A DNA stretch of 64,000 bases from contig JAXCHI010000002.1 of NCBI GenBank assembly GCA_033977065.1, forward strand, positions 358,866-422,865, read 5' to 3'. Under the pieces are notes generated by a model. The model ran no database searches. It was not told the DNA's origin and saw nothing but the letters and a program-made list of their open reading frames with translations. This DNA is from Candidatus Algichlamydia australiensis. Lineage in GTDB: Bacteria > Chlamydiota > Chlamydiia > Chlamydiales > JAJFMI01. How positions within the stretch are numbered: position 1 is the first letter of the stretch; each line of letters opens with the position of its first letter. The translations under genes and the position numbers were made by a program. Below are positions 38,782-49,120 of the stretch, in pieces.

Positions 38782-39889
38782 GGCCTTGTTGCGTAAATAG
38801 CTGCGGATAAAGACTTTCTTGTCAAAATTTCAGTAAGACTTTAAATTTTTGTTAATCACTACGAAGATTTAGAGGTTACATGAAAGAGACAAATAAAAAG
38901 TACATCATCCGCAACTGGTCTGAATATAACAAATCCCTGAAAAAAAGAGGAAGCATCACTTTTTGGTTGTCGCCAGATGCTATTGAGAAATGGCTCTCAG
39001 ACGGAAAATCTAAAAGAGGAAGACCCGAAATATATTCTGATGATGCCATTCTTTGCGCCTTGATTATCAAGTCAGTTTACCACCTGCCCTATAGGGGATT
39101 AGCAGGTTTTTTGGAAACTCTAATGATTCTATTAGGAGTGGCGCTACCAGTGCCGTGTTACACCCGTATATGTAGGAGGGCAGGGAAACTCGGAAAAGAA
39201 GTAGCAAAAATAAGCAAAAAGCAGCCGGCAGATATCGTCATTGATTCAACAGGATTAAAAGTATACGGAGAAGGCGAATGGAATGCACGTAAACACGGTA
39301 AGAAAAAGAGAAGAACCTGGCGCAAACTGCATTTAGCGACATGTCCTGATAGCCACGAAATAGTTTTAAGCAAACTAGGAAAGAATAGTGAAGGAGACAG
39401 CCAAGCTGGAAGAAAAATCATGAAAAAGCTGCCTAAAAAAGTAAAAAGAGTCTATGGAGATGGAGCCTACGATACAAAAGAGAGCTATAGGGAATTAAAA
39501 AAGCAAACCGATAATCCCGCCGCAGAAAAATGGAGTGAGGCACGAATTAGAAAAAGAGCCGTGGATGAGAGATAGAAATGAAGCGTTAGAGGCAATTAAA
39601 GGACTAGGAGGAGACGAAGAAGGAAGAAAAATTTGGAAGAAATTAATAGGATATCATAGGCGATCAATGGCAGAAACAGCGATGTATCGATTCAAAACGA
39701 TATTTGGTGACAAACTGAAAACCCGCAAGCTAAAAAATCAAAGAGCAGAAGCATACGCGAAGAGTGTAGCGATGAATAAAATAAGCAGTCTAGGGATGCC
39801 GAAAGGCGAATGGATAACAATCTGAGTAAGAGAAAGAAAAAAAGAAACGGGCCACGACTTTCTTCAATTGCTATTTACGCAACAAGGCC
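38782..39889 (+). mobile_element. IS5-family (IS903 group) insertion sequence, 1108 bp
   Basis: 20-bp TIRs GGCCTTGTTGCGTAAATAGC; 9-bp target duplication TTTCAGCTT at 38773-38781 and 39890-39898. Confidence 0.93.
38880..39825 (+). pseudogene. IS903-like transposase, frameshifted near 39505
   Basis: NWSEYNKSL..RGSITFW, IDSTGLKVYGEGEW, WRKLH and GDGAYD in one frame; IIPP and GYHRRSMAETAM in the +1 frame. Confidence 0.88.
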
Positions 39890-40012
39890 TTTCAGCTTTA
39901 AGCTCTGGATTTTCAATATGATCTGATATTTCTATTAGTGATTCTGCTATTGCTTGTAAACTCATATTTTCCTCCTTTAATAAGAAGTATAAATTAGGAA
40001 CAAATTAAGAGG

Positions 40013-40038
40013 AAGGGGGGAATAAATATTTCCCCCTT
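40013..40038. terminator. Possible intrinsic terminator hairpin
   Basis: AAGGGGGGAATA-AA-TATTTCCCCCTT just past the stop of 40051-41487. Confidence 0.4.
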
Positions 40039-40050
40039 TATATTTTTTTA

Positions 40051-41487
40051 TTAGGCCATTCCCAATCGTTGCCATATGCTTAGATTTTCTTGCTTTGGAT
40101 CCGTGATTGTTTCTGTCCTTGTTTTAAGATCAGTCATCATTTCTTGATGACGAACTTGTTGCTCTTCAGTTAGAGAGCTAAATAATGTTTCTAGAGATTT
40201 AAGAGTTTTCTTTAAACTTTCTTTTTGTTCATCATCAACTCCCTTTTCTGAGAATGAATGTAAAGACTCCTCAAGAATCTTAGCATTTTTTGCAAAATTA
40301 GACTCTATTTCAACTTGTTGGATTGCAGTAGTTAGTTTATTTACTTCTTCGTGGTATTCAGTTCTTACTCTTACCGGCAAGGCGTTGTATTTATCAGTCA
40401 GCTCTTTAAATTTAGTATTTAATTCAGTTGCTATTTCTTCAGCATCCTCGGCAGCGGGATCATAGTTTTCTATCATATTAGCTAATGTTTCAAGTCCACT
40501 TTTAAAAGTTTTAGTAGTGTCCTCAAAGACACCTACTCCTCTACCAATTCGTGCAAATATGCTTGGCTCATCTTGATCAAAGCCTATATTTTTTGCTGCA
40601 GTAGCGAGGGTGCTATTTAGTTCAGCAATCTGCTTTTTAACTTCCTCTTTCCATGTTTTTAGTTCTCCACTCAGTTTTTCTGTTGCTTTTAGCGCATCTT
40701 CAATTTCTTTTCGGGTAGCTGGGTGCAATCCTTCAAACCGTTTTATCACTCCTTCAAACTGCTTTATCACTTCATCAGGAAATGCAAGATCGTCAATTGC
40801 GTCTTCAAGCCTTTTAAGCAGTGCATTTGCACTTTCCCAGTTCTTGCTGAGTTCTTGGTGTTTTACAGCCCATTTTGTACGCTCTCTTTCTATTTCTTTC
40901 TCGTCGTTGTCACTTTGCTCAGCACCACTTTCGTTCACTAGAGCAGCTGCAGCTTCCAAAGTCGTTGTGATAGTTTTGTTGTGCGTTTCCATCTCTGCCT
41001 TCATTTCTGCATGCTGGTTAGCAAAAAGTGGTTTCTCACAGATAGGAGAAAAATCTTCTAATTTTGGCTTTTCGTCAATTTTATTAAACAGGTTTCTATA
41101 AGAAATTATGAATTCTTGAACTTTTTCTTTCGTTGCTTCTGCCTTTAAGCTCGTTGCTGTTTTTTCAAAAAGTTCTAAGATCGCTTGAGCTTTTTCTTTA
41201 TTGTAAGAGAGCACCCCAGAGTACGCCCTCAGATGTTGCAGTGTGAGATCGGGAGCTTGAATACCAAACCTTCCATAAGTATTGAGTTCGTCATCTGGAA
41301 CAACTTCTCTTGCCTTAAGTTCTTGATGTATTGATCTGAGTTTAGGAAGGGTTTCATTAATGGTTTTGGCAGCCCAGTTTTCTGTTTTTTCTAAGTCATG
41401 TTGAGCTTCATCACGCAATTCTTTAGCCGCATCATGTGCTATATTTCTGAATTCTGAGTAGACTGCTTCTGCTGTTTTAAGTCCCAT
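40051..41487 (-). CDS. Coiled-coil hypothetical protein
   Basis: 478-aa E/K/A-rich helical ORF with GGAGG RBS. Confidence 0.75.
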   Translation of the reverse strand: MGLKTAEAVYSEFRNIAHDAAKELRDEAQHDLEKTENWAAKTINETLPKLRSIHQELKAREVVPDDELNTYGRFGIQAPDLTLQHLRAYSGVLSYNKEKAQAILELFEKTATSLKAEATKEKVQEFIISYRNLFNKIDEKPKLEDFSPICEKPLFANQHAEMKAEMETHNKTITTTLEAAAALVNESGAEQSDNDEKEIERERTKWAVKHQELSKNWESANALLKRLEDAIDDLAFPDEVIKQFEGVIKRFEGLHPATRKEIEDALKATEKLSGELKTWKEEVKKQIAELNSTLATAAKNIGFDQDEPSIFARIGRGVGVFEDTTKTFKSGLETLANMIENYDPAAEDAEEIATELNTKFKELTDKYNALPVRVRTEYHEEVNKLTTAIQQVEIESNFAKNAKILEESLHSFSEKGVDDEQKESLKKTLKSLETLFSSLTEEQQVRHQEMMTDLKTRTETITDPKQENLSIWQRLGMA

Positions 41488-41571
41488 CTTTTTCCTCCAA
41501 TAATTTTTTGTGCTTCTGAAGTAAAGATTAGATCAAGAAAAATATTTGGTCAACAAAATGTTAACAAAAAC

Positions 41572-42144
41572 TTAATTTTTCGAGAGATCGTCAGGGATCA
41601 TAGAAAAACTAGCGTACTTGCCACCCATCTCCCTAAGAAGGGTACGCCAGAGAGTTTCGGGAGGGGTTTCAAAAGTGTGCTTTGAAGAGGCGGGATGGAT
41701 AAACCAATTCCCGGCGAGATATTCGCGTTCTAAAAATCCAGCGTTCCAGCCGCTGTAGCCAAAGCAGAGAAGAAGATGAGGGCCGTTTTCATCCATAAGA
41801 GCTTGCTGCAAAAAAGTGAGTTCACCGCCAAGGTGGAGATTTTCAGCCAGTTTTAGAGTGTCACCTGTAGCGTGTGAACTGTTGTGCAAAAGCATCATCT
41901 GTTCCGGTTGCATGGGGCCACCAGAGCGTAGCGCTATGTGTGGGTTGGCGATATTACCAAGAGCAGAGACCTCTTCGGGAAGGGTAAGAGGAAGAGGTTT
42001 ATTCACAATGAGGCCAAAGGAGCCTGAAGGGGAGTGTTCGCAAAGAAGAATGACGCTGCGAAAGAAGAGGCCTTCAGAAATATCAGGGCTAGCAACTAAA
42101 AAATTGCCCGCGGCAAGACTGCGGTTACTGGGGGCAGGGTTCAC
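41572..42144 (-). CDS. YqgE/AlgH family protein (DUF179)
   Basis: [15 protein letters not shown]...[23 protein letters not shown]. Confidence 0.9.
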   Translation of the reverse strand: MNPAPSNRSLAAGNFLVASPDISEGLFFRSVILLCEHSPSGSFGLIVNKPLPLTLPEEVSALGNIANPHIALRSGGPMQPEQMMLLHNSSHATGDTLKLAENLHLGGELTFLQQALMDENGPHLLLCFGYSGWNAGFLEREYLAGNWFIHPASSKHTFETPPETLWRTLLREMGGKYASFSMIPDDLSKN

Positions 42145-43357
42145 AGTTGACTACTTGGTTTTGCTTGGCATCCATGAGCTGCTCGTTGTAGAGTTTGAGG
42201 TTGGCTTCCATCGCCTCAACGCCACGCATGAGTTCGGCAAAATCTTCTTTGAAGAGAGGGGTCTGTAAGACACGCGCTCTCTCCTCTGTCTGTTGTGCAC
42301 GCTCGATTAGCATAGAGAGTCGCGCCATCGAAGAGTTAATCAGGTCGATCTCTTTTTCAAAGTAATCTTTAAACTGCTCAGGAGTGTTGAGCGCGCTCAA
42401 CATCGAGGCGCGTTTGACACGCGTGCGCTGCCACTGTTTATTTAGATTAAAGAGTACACCATACTGGTTCATATCGTTTAAGAGGGTATCTACTTTGCTC
42501 ATCAGCGATGTAACCCGCAAATAGAGGTCATCATCTTGCATGATTTTTCCCAAAGTCCCTTTACCATCCGCAAGATTGTTAGCCACATCTTCAATCGAGT
42601 AGCTCGCATCTTTAAAGTTGCGGATCATAATTCCTGTATTGGCAAAAGTATTCTCTTCTTCTAGGGTGTTCATTGCGGTCGAGAGATCGCTCATTGCAGA
42701 GGAGAAATTAACTGTAGCAGTATCCATATCTTCGATGAGGCCGGTGCTATTTGCCTTTCCGATGGCGATTGCGGCCTCGCTCATCGCATCATCAAAGGAG
42801 CGTACCGCGCTACCAAGTGCTTGGCCATTATCGTCGATCCAATTGCTGATCTTTCCAAAAGCATCATCCATTTTATCAGCTAAGGTGGAGAGTTCATTTA
42901 AAGCAAACTCAAAGGGATCAGCAGAGTCTGCGTAGAGAGGCTCCTTGCCCGTTGCGCGCTTAGCAATAAAGCCTTTGGGAATCTCTTTTGGAATAATATT
43001 AATGGATTTTTCACCCAGAAGACCTGAAGTTTGGATCGTGATCTCATCTGTTGTATAGATCACAGCAGAGGAGTCGAGGTGAGCAACGAGTTGGTAAAAG
43101 TAGACGCCGCCAAGAGTGTCTGTTGTTTGCTGACGAGCATCAGGAATTTGTTGAATGGCAACAACCTCTCCAATTGGTTTACCTGCCAAAGAGACGCGTG
43201 TACCAACATTAAGACCGTTTACATTGGAAAAACGAAAGAGGAGAGTCTGCTTTCCGTCGCCGACCGAGGGCTCAAAAAAGAGCACCATACCGATCAAGAG
43301 ACCGCAAGCAATAGCCACAAAAAGGCCGATGAGCATTGTTTTAATTTTGTCTTTCAT
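42125..43357 (-). CDS. mlaD: MlaD/MCE-domain protein with long helical region
   Basis: N-terminal [33 protein letters not shown]; follows mlaEF. Confidence 0.85.
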   Translation of the reverse strand: MKDKIKTMLIGLFVAIACGLLIGMVLFFEPSVGDGKQTLLFRFSNVNGLNVGTRVSLAGKPIGEVVAIQQIPDARQQTTDTLGGVYFYQLVAHLDSSAVIYTTDEITIQTSGLLGEKSINIIPKEIPKGFIAKRATGKEPLYADSADPFEFALNELSTLADKMDDAFGKISNWIDDNGQALGSAVRSFDDAMSEAAIAIGKANSTGLIEDMDTATVNFSSAMSDLSTAMNTLEEENTFANTGIMIRNFKDASYSIEDVANNLADGKGTLGKIMQDDDLYLRVTSLMSKVDTLLNDMNQYGVLFNLNKQWQRTRVKRASMLSALNTPEQFKDYFEKEIDLINSSMARLSMLIERAQQTEERARVLQTPLFKEDFAELMRGVEAMEANLKLYNEQLMDAKQNQVVNCEPCPQ

Positions 43358-43517
43358 ACTCTTCTCTTCTAGAGGCAATCTCTAAATTTTTGCACTTGCT
43401 GTTCGTTTTTCTTTTTGAATAAATTTATCATTCGGATTCCGCCAACTTTACGAAGTTGCCTTCATCCTCCATAATAAATTTCTTCTAAAAACAAAACCAC
43501 CCCTCAAATTCAAAAAT

Positions 43518-44291
43518 TCAGAGATCACCTCTAAATTTCCTTGGATCCTCTTTCAACGTTCTTCTCAAGAAGTCGATAATGGGATCCTCAATCTTTAAAA
43601 ACTCTTCTGGTTTCGCAATATACGCGATTTTTCCATCCTTGTGAAGGGCGAGGCGATCCCCGACATAGAGCGCAGAGATAATATCATGTGTGACTACAAT
43701 ACTTGTCGCCTTGAGCTCCTTCTGTGTTTTAACAATCAACTCATTGATATGCATCGCTGTAATCGGATCAAGACCCGTTGTGGGTTCATCGTAAAGTAAA
43801 TATTCGGGGCGATAGACGATGAGCCGTGCCAATCCCGCTCTTTTTCGCATCCCTCCGGAGAGCTCAGAGGGCATTTTTTTACCGACGTCGTGCAGTTCGA
43901 CCATTCCTAGCGCCTCATTTACGCGCTGCTCAATTACCTCTTCCGGGTACTTTTCTCCTGTAGCAGGATCACCGTGCTCGCGCAGATAAAATGCGACATT
44001 TTCAAAAATATTCATCGAATCAAAGAGTGCTGCTCCTTGAAAGAGCATACCCATATGACGGATGGAATCGAAAAGTTCCTCTCCTTCCAATTCTGAAACG
44101 CATTTTCCATCAACAAAAATCTTTCCTTGATCAGGTCGTGTAATGCCTAAAATATGTTTCAGCAAGACACTTTTTCCAACACCAGACCGGCCTAAGATCA
44201 CAAGTGTTTCGCCCTTCTCAACTTTTAAGTTTAGCCCCTCTAGTACCTGCTGACTGCCATACTTTTTGAAAAGATCCTTTGCCTCCATCAT
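43518..44291 (-). CDS. mlaF: ABC transporter ATP-binding protein MlaF
   Basis: GRSGVGKS, FQGAALFDS, LSGGMRKR, YDEPTTGLD, VTHD. Confidence 0.9.
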   Translation of the reverse strand: MMEAKDLFKKYGSQQVLEGLNLKVEKGETLVILGRSGVGKSVLLKHILGITRPDQGKIFVDGKCVSELEGEELFDSIRHMGMLFQGAALFDSMNIFENVAFYLREHGDPATGEKYPEEVIEQRVNEALGMVELHDVGKKMPSELSGGMRKRAGLARLIVYRPEYLLYDEPTTGLDPITAMHINELIVKTQKELKATSIVVTHDIISALYVGDRLALHKDGKIAYIAKPEEFLKIEDPIIDFLRRTLKEDPRKFRGDL

Positions 44292-45079
44292 GATAAGAAC
44301 CCATTGAGTTGCGTGTTGATGACATTGAGACCTACAGTGATGAAGAAGTTAAAAAAGAGAATACAGGTGTAGCAGATCACAACGCAGTTGGTAGTCGCAC
44401 GTCCCACACCGGCAGCTCCACCAGTTGTCGTTACCCCGCGGTAGCAGCAGATTGTGACAATCAAAACCCCAAAAAAGATCGCTTTTACAATTCCTGTGAA
44501 GAGGTCAAAGTGGGTGATGTAGTCGGGCATGGGATCAAAGAAACTTGCTGCAGTCATATCAAAAAAGTAGACAGAGATGAGATAGCCACCAAAAATGCCC
44601 ATGATGATACTAAAGATGGTGAGAAGAGGAAGCATGAAAAAGCCGGCTAAGTAGCGCGGTGCTAAAAGATAGCGATTGGGATTGACTGCCATCGACTGCA
44701 AGGCATCAATCTGCTCGGTGACCCGCATCGTACCCAGCTCAGCGCACATCGCTGCACCAACGCGACCTGTCACCATGAATGCAGTCAACACAGGACCTAG
44801 CTCAGTGATCATCGCCTTGCCAACCATTAAGCCTGTGGCTCCTGCTAAACCTTTATCAGCTAGTTGGTAAAAAGACTGCGCAGCCAAAACAAGTCCTGTT
44901 GAAAAACCTGTTAGCGCCACAACAGAGAGCGACATCACTCCAATTTCATAGAGTTGTTCGCGAATGAGTGTCCAGTTAGGAGGACGACGAACAGTCGCTG
45001 AAATAACAGTCATGATGAGCTCGACATACTCTCCCAATGATTCGAGGAAAGTAAAGCGCCGAATTAGAAAACCCCACAT
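44288..45079 (-). CDS. mlaE: ABC transporter permease MlaE
   Basis: ELGPVLTAFMVTGRVGAAMCAELGTMRVTEQIDAL, GGAAGVGRATT. Confidence 0.92.
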   Translation of the reverse strand: MWGFLIRRFTFLESLGEYVELIMTVISATVRRPPNWTLIREQLYEIGVMSLSVVALTGFSTGLVLAAQSFYQLADKGLAGATGLMVGKAMITELGPVLTAFMVTGRVGAAMCAELGTMRVTEQIDALQSMAVNPNRYLLAPRYLAGFFMLPLLTIFSIIMGIFGGYLISVYFFDMTAASFFDPMPDYITHFDLFTGIVKAIFFGVLIVTICCYRGVTTTGGAAGVGRATTNCVVICYTCILFFNFFITVGLNVINTQLNGFLS

Positions 45080-45122
45080 GGCCTCATCTTACAATCGAGC
45101 CCTCTCTAAAGCAAACTTAATT

Positions 45123-45644
45123 TTACTGACCCATTGTGTAGACTTGGGTAATCATCTGCGCAAGTCTTGAGCAGGTCTCGTCATTTCCATGCTTTGCCCG
45201 CTCAAGTGTTTGTTTTTCTCCGGAGGCTTTTTCAACACCTCTCTGCGCCTTTTGCTGATCTGCTTGTGATTCTCCAGACAGAGCATTGAACCAAGCTGAT
45301 GCTCCTTCTCCAGCAGATCTGCCTATGCTTGAAATAATGGAAGAATCGATCGGAGAACCCAAAACAGCACTAGCTACAATAGCAGCTACTGTAAATATTT
45401 CAGAGCCTCGAGCGACTGCACCAATTTGTTGGTAGTGCTTCGTGCTCTTAACTTTTCCGTAAAGCTCTGCTCTTGCTTTGTCAGATAGATCGTCACCAAT
45501 GACTTGAAATAGGGCAGCCATTTGGTCTGTCTGCATGAGATAGGTAATGAGTTGCACAAGTGCATTTAAATCTTTTTTTTCTGGCTGGGTCAATCCCTCT
45601 ACTTGCTCTTGTCTTGGTCTAATTGGTGTTAACTCTCCACTCAT
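45123..45644 (-). CDS. Putative T3SS translocator-like protein (short CopD-like)
   Basis: Central hydrophobic segment plus C-terminal helix; last gene of the LcrH operon. Confidence 0.5.
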   Translation of the reverse strand: MSGELTPIRPRQEQVEGLTQPEKKDLNALVQLITYLMQTDQMAALFQVIGDDLSDKARAELYGKVKSTKHYQQIGAVARGSEIFTVAAIVASAVLGSPIDSSIISSIGRSAGEGASAWFNALSGESQADQQKAQRGVEKASGEKQTLERAKHGNDETCSRLAQMITQVYTMGQ

Positions 45645-45647
45645 AAT

Positions 45648-46367
45648 CTAAGCTCCTCTTGCCATGATTTTACTTTTTATTGCTGCGTCTTCTCTTTGCA
45701 AAGTAAGAAATTTTCTAATGGAGTCTGTTAAATATTTCATCAGTTCTTCTAACTGTTGCTGACTCTGCTCCACATCTTTTTGCATTTCAAAACTCAGCGC
45801 ATCGCTCTCAGTTTTCTCTCTATCAATCATCTTCGTTTTATATCCTGATAAACCACTCATGACAGAAGAAGCTCCCAAGATGGTAGGATAGACTCCTTTT
45901 TTTAAAGTTTCTGCTAGTTGGTTTCCATTGCGAACGGGATAATACTTTATAGCTGTAGCCACAAGTCCAGTTGCAAGTATTCCCATAGTAAAAGGGCTTT
46001 TCAATTGGGCTGTCCAAGTGCTATTCGGAATTGATTGAATAAGCTTTTCACTCTTCTCTCTTTCGTTTTCAGACCATCTCTTCATTATCGACTCTTGATC
46101 TCTTGAGGAATTCCAGAGTTCTGCTTTTATTATCCTTTCAAATCCATTTGCAAAATTTTGGAGACCAGTTGAAAGACTGGGAAGTGGGAGTTCTGGTATC
46201 GCATTGTGCTTATAAGGAGCGACGCTTTTAGGTCCACCATTTGAGAAAGTTACATCGCTTTTTTTCGGAGTAGCAGACTTTTTTTGTGAAAAAATTTTTG
46301 TAAAGTGAGGTGCAAGAGTATTGCCCAGAATTTTAGATAGTGGGCTGGCTCGGACGGGTGTTGTCAT
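45648..46367 (-). CDS. Putative T3SS translocator-like protein (short CopB-like)
   Basis: PELPLP chaperone-binding-like motif, two hydrophobic segments flanked by coiled coils; overlaps the lcrH 3' end. Confidence 0.55.
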   Translation of the reverse strand: MTTPVRASPLSKILGNTLAPHFTKIFSQKKSATPKKSDVTFSNGGPKSVAPYKHNAIPELPLPSLSTGLQNFANGFERIIKAELWNSSRDQESIMKRWSENEREKSEKLIQSIPNSTWTAQLKSPFTMGILATGLVATAIKYYPVRNGNQLAETLKKGVYPTILGASSVMSGLSGYKTKMIDREKTESDALSFEMQKDVEQSQQQLEELMKYLTDSIRKFLTLQREDAAIKSKIMARGA

Positions 46368-46818
46368 CGCTCCTCCTTAGCATTGCAATTTTTCCTCTGA
46401 GCTCTTCGTGCTGAGCTTTATCTCCTAAGCGCTCTTCTGTTGCACGAAGGGCACGTTCTCCTTCGTCAAAGTCTCCCAGAGAGTAAAGACATTCGCCTGC
46501 ATGAAAGTGGGGGACGGGGTCATTCTCATCAAACATGGCCGAAAGAGAGTAGCCAGTAAGCGCTTCTTTGTAGTGCTCGGTCATTTGGCAAGCGCAGGCA
46601 AAGGCGTGCCAATTTTTTCTTTCATAGGGTTGGGCAAGAATCAAGTGCTGGAAGATTTTGCGCGCTTGCGCGTAGTCACCAAATTTATAGAGACTATGTC
46701 CCAAAGAATAGAGAAGTGCCATGTCATCATTAGTAAACTCAGGAGTAATGGGCTGCCCATTCTCTATCTGGCTACGAATCTGATCCAAGGCTTTTTCTAA
46801 TATCTCTGTTTCCATCAC
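46333..46818 (-). CDS. Class II T3SS chaperone, SycD/LcrH family
   Basis: Three TPRs: LYSLGHSLYKFGDY..A..IFQHL, W...ACACQM, DPVPHFHAGECL. Confidence 0.88.
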   Translation of the reverse strand: MMETEILEKALDQIRSQIENGQPITPEFTNDDMALLYSLGHSLYKFGDYAQARKIFQHLILAQPYERKNWHAFACACQMTEHYKEALTGYSLSAMFDENDPVPHFHAGECLYSLGDFDEGERALRATEERLGDKAQHEELRGKIAMLRRSDDNTRPSQPTI

Positions 46819-46825
46819 TTCATTT

Positions 46826-47734
46826 TTACTTCTGATTATTTGTCAGGACTCTTGCAAGCTCTTGGTTTCTCTTAGCACAGAAAACAAGGGCCTCATGCAT
46901 AATTTTACTCAATTGGATAGAGAGCTCGAGAGTTCGTGTTACGTTAGGAAGCTCTTTTTGTGATCCTTCAAGAAGACGTTTGCAAGCTGATTCAAACTTT
47001 TTGCAGGTCTCTTTACTTGCATCCTTTGTAAAGTCAAATTCGTCCATTAAGCTACTAAGCTCTTCAACTTGTTTACGAACATAGGGAGCAGCATCATCTG
47101 GAATCTCTTTGAGTAGTTGTCGCAATTCAGCCCACTCATTAGAGATCTCATCAATGGAGAAAGTTTTTCCATTATCGCCATCTGTACGAACCTTCTCAAG
47201 AAATCTATGAAGAGTTTGGACGCGCCCCTCAATTTTAGTAATTTTTTCTTGGCAATCAGCCATCGTCTTCTTTGTACTTTTGTCAGCTGACCTTGAAAGG
47301 TCAACAAGACTTTTGCGCAAGTTTTGAGGTTTCATGGCGGCAAGACCAATGAGAGAGCCAAAGTTTCCAAAAGCGTCTGCAACAACCATTTCTTGTTCAT
47401 CAAGAGATTTGCGGAAATCCTGGAGTAAAACCCCCAGATTATTCAAATCGATTTTTCTTGGGCAATCAAGCGCCCATTCAGGAAGGGCTTGTATGAGAGC
47501 TTTTGCTTTCTCAAAGGTCTCTCCTTCAAAATGGAGGTTGGAGGTATTGGTTATGAGTAGACGGTGATAGTGTTTTAATTCATGACTCTCAGGGATTTTC
47601 TCTGTTTTGAGTTCCTTGATAAAAAGCTCATTGATGCGTCGAAACTCTATGAGTGCCTCAACATTAATTTTCTTTGGCTCTCTTTGGAGTCTTTCCTGCT
47701 CATTGAAGTGGGTTGAATGAATGGAAGTTGCCAT
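46826..47734 (-). CDS. Helical hypothetical protein, first gene of the LcrH operon
   Basis: Probable ATG at 47734, just downstream of a promoter; stop 7 bp before lcrH. Confidence 0.7.
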   Translation of the reverse strand: MATSIHSTHFNEQERLQREPKKINVEALIEFRRINELFIKELKTEKIPESHELKHYHRLLITNTSNLHFEGETFEKAKALIQALPEWALDCPRKIDLNNLGVLLQDFRKSLDEQEMVVADAFGNFGSLIGLAAMKPQNLRKSLVDLSRSADKSTKKTMADCQEKITKIEGRVQTLHRFLEKVRTDGDNGKTFSIDEISNEWAELRQLLKEIPDDAAPYVRKQVEELSSLMDEFDFTKDASKETCKKFESACKRLLEGSQKELPNVTRTLELSIQLSKIMHEALVFCAKRNQELARVLTNNQK

Positions 47735-47764
47735 TATCTCACTCTTAATTTTCTCTTTGCCGTA

Positions 47765-47792
47765 AGTATAAGTTTTGCGAAAAGAAAATTCA
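47765..47792 (-). promoter_or_regulatory. Sigma70/66-type promoter of the LcrH operon
   Basis: TTGAAT-N16-TATACT on the minus strand, 30 bp upstream of ATG 47734. Confidence 0.5.
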
Positions 47793-47854
47793 AGGGGATA
47801 AATTTTTTCAAAAAGGGAAGGATTTGTTGCGCGTCTTGACTGCGACAGGAAAAA

Positions 47855-48688
47855 ATGAGTAGTATTGCTTACATGTTTACAAAACTTTTCGTTAGTCTTA
47901 CTTTGATGAGTGGCCTTGTCGCCCGCACAATTCCAGAAAAAGAGCAAGAGAAGTGGAGATTTATCTCCGCTTATCGACGTAACTCCAAAGGCGAAGCTTT
48001 TGTCGGACCCAATAAAAAGCGCATGCGCTCGTATGCATTACTGAATACGGAGACAGGTGACATCTATAGAGAAGTTTCTGAAGAGGCGATGAGCTTAAAA
48101 TGCTTTGAAATTGCGCTTACCTCTTTTCCCTACACCGTTATAAATGCATCGCTGCACTTTTTCAAAACGTTTTGGGATATGGGAGCTGTTGGGTACAATA
48201 CTTATAATGATTTGTACCAGAAGTGGAATGAAAATTTAGGAGAGGACTTTTCTAAGATCCTTGAAAAAAACGGGGTTGATTTTTGTAGCCGCATTGGTCG
48301 CGACCTCTATGAGCTCTCCTCATTTCCATTTTTTTCTTTAGCAATATTTGCAAGTGGTATTCGCGGAATGGTGATGGATCCGTATGATGCTGCTGAAACG
48401 ATTGCTTGGTTAGAAGAGTGGTGGCATTTAGGAAACCCCGCAAGGAATAACGATTTATTGCGTCACTTCTCAACTGTTTGTGAAGAAAAATCTGACTGGT
48501 CTCTCTACCTTGCTTATTGCATTCAAAAAATAGGAAATGTAGATGATTTAGCCGAAAATGGGTTACCTAAGTGGGAGATTGTTGAGTATCGGAAAAATCA
48601 AAAAGAATTTGACTGGTTTGAAGAAGAACCTTGCCCTCTACTTCCCCTCATTCCGAGGTCTCCTCCTCAATCCAATCGAGCTGGGTAA
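47855..48688 (+). CDS. Exported or membrane hypothetical protein
   Basis: 277-aa ORF with signal-like N-terminus and two hydrophobic stretches. Confidence 0.7.
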   Translation: MSSIAYMFTKLFVSLTLMSGLVARTIPEKEQEKWRFISAYRRNSKGEAFVGPNKKRMRSYALLNTETGDIYREVSEEAMSLKCFEIALTSFPYTVINASLHFFKTFWDMGAVGYNTYNDLYQKWNENLGEDFSKILEKNGVDFCSRIGRDLYELSSFPFFSLAIFASGIRGMVMDPYDAAETIAWLEEWWHLGNPARNNDLLRHFSTVCEEKSDWSLYLAYCIQKIGNVDDLAENGLPKWEIVEYRKNQKEFDWFEEEPCPLLPLIPRSPPQSNRAG

Positions 48689-49052
48689 TAGGACGTACTT
48701 CTATCTGTGATTCAGCTAAAAGAAATTGTTTGCCGGCAATTTCCACTAGATAGAGCATCGACTTTGGGCTTAAGGGGCGCTTTTCCAAAACTTTGATATT
48801 TTTCATCAGGTTCATTTTTGTTGCTCGGAAGCCAGTAAGTCTTCGAAGCAAGTAGTACACAATCGCAATGAAAATAAGAATTCCAACCAGCGTAAGGATG
48901 GTTTTCCAAAAGAGCCCACCATACTCAATACTCTCCGGCATCGCGACAGGTGTCTCCTCAATTGGGGGAGGTGGCGTTGGTTCCTGCTGCTCTTCAGCTA
49001 AAGCCCCAACAAACGGAGTTATAAAAAGTAGTAAAGTAAAGATTTTTCTCAT
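48648..49052 (-). CDS. FliO/FliZ-like membrane protein
   Basis: Signal peptide, TM helix, then IKVLEKRPLSPKSMLYLVEIAGKQFLLAES (FliO domain pattern). Confidence 0.75.
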   Translation of the reverse strand: MRKIFTLLLFITPFVGALAEEQQEPTPPPPIEETPVAMPESIEYGGLFWKTILTLVGILIFIAIVYYLLRRLTGFRATKMNLMKNIKVLEKRPLSPKSMLYLVEIAGKQFLLAESQIEVRPITQLDWIEEETSE

Positions 49053-49120
49053 TTTTAAGCCTCTTCCTCCTACTCTACCCTCAATAGAATTTCTTTTGGG
49101 AAAAAAATGATTTTTAAGAT

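Larger units (their letters stand above)
38654..39965 (-). pseudogene. Small 64-aa gene interrupted by the IS903-like element
   Basis: Removing the IS and one TSD copy restores MSLQAIAESLIEISDHIENPELKAEMEKTILKILEMQRDLITSVASLSTESSLSFSKYNIPGPH*, with an AAGGAGG RBS upstream. Confidence 0.7.

Noticed and set aside
39490..39510. A-AAA-AAG slippery site as a programmed -1 frameshift in the IS903-like transposase
   Set aside because: The downstream half is in the +1 frame (38880 vs 39535), so a -1 shift would not join them; a small indel fits better.
43380..43510. Possible small gene between mlaF and mlaD
   Set aside because: Only a 14-codon ORF followed by tandem stops; nothing recognisable.
47735..47947. 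71-aa N-terminal extension of ORF 46826-47947
   Set aside because: It overlaps the divergent gene and spans a plausible promoter; ATG 47734 is the better start.
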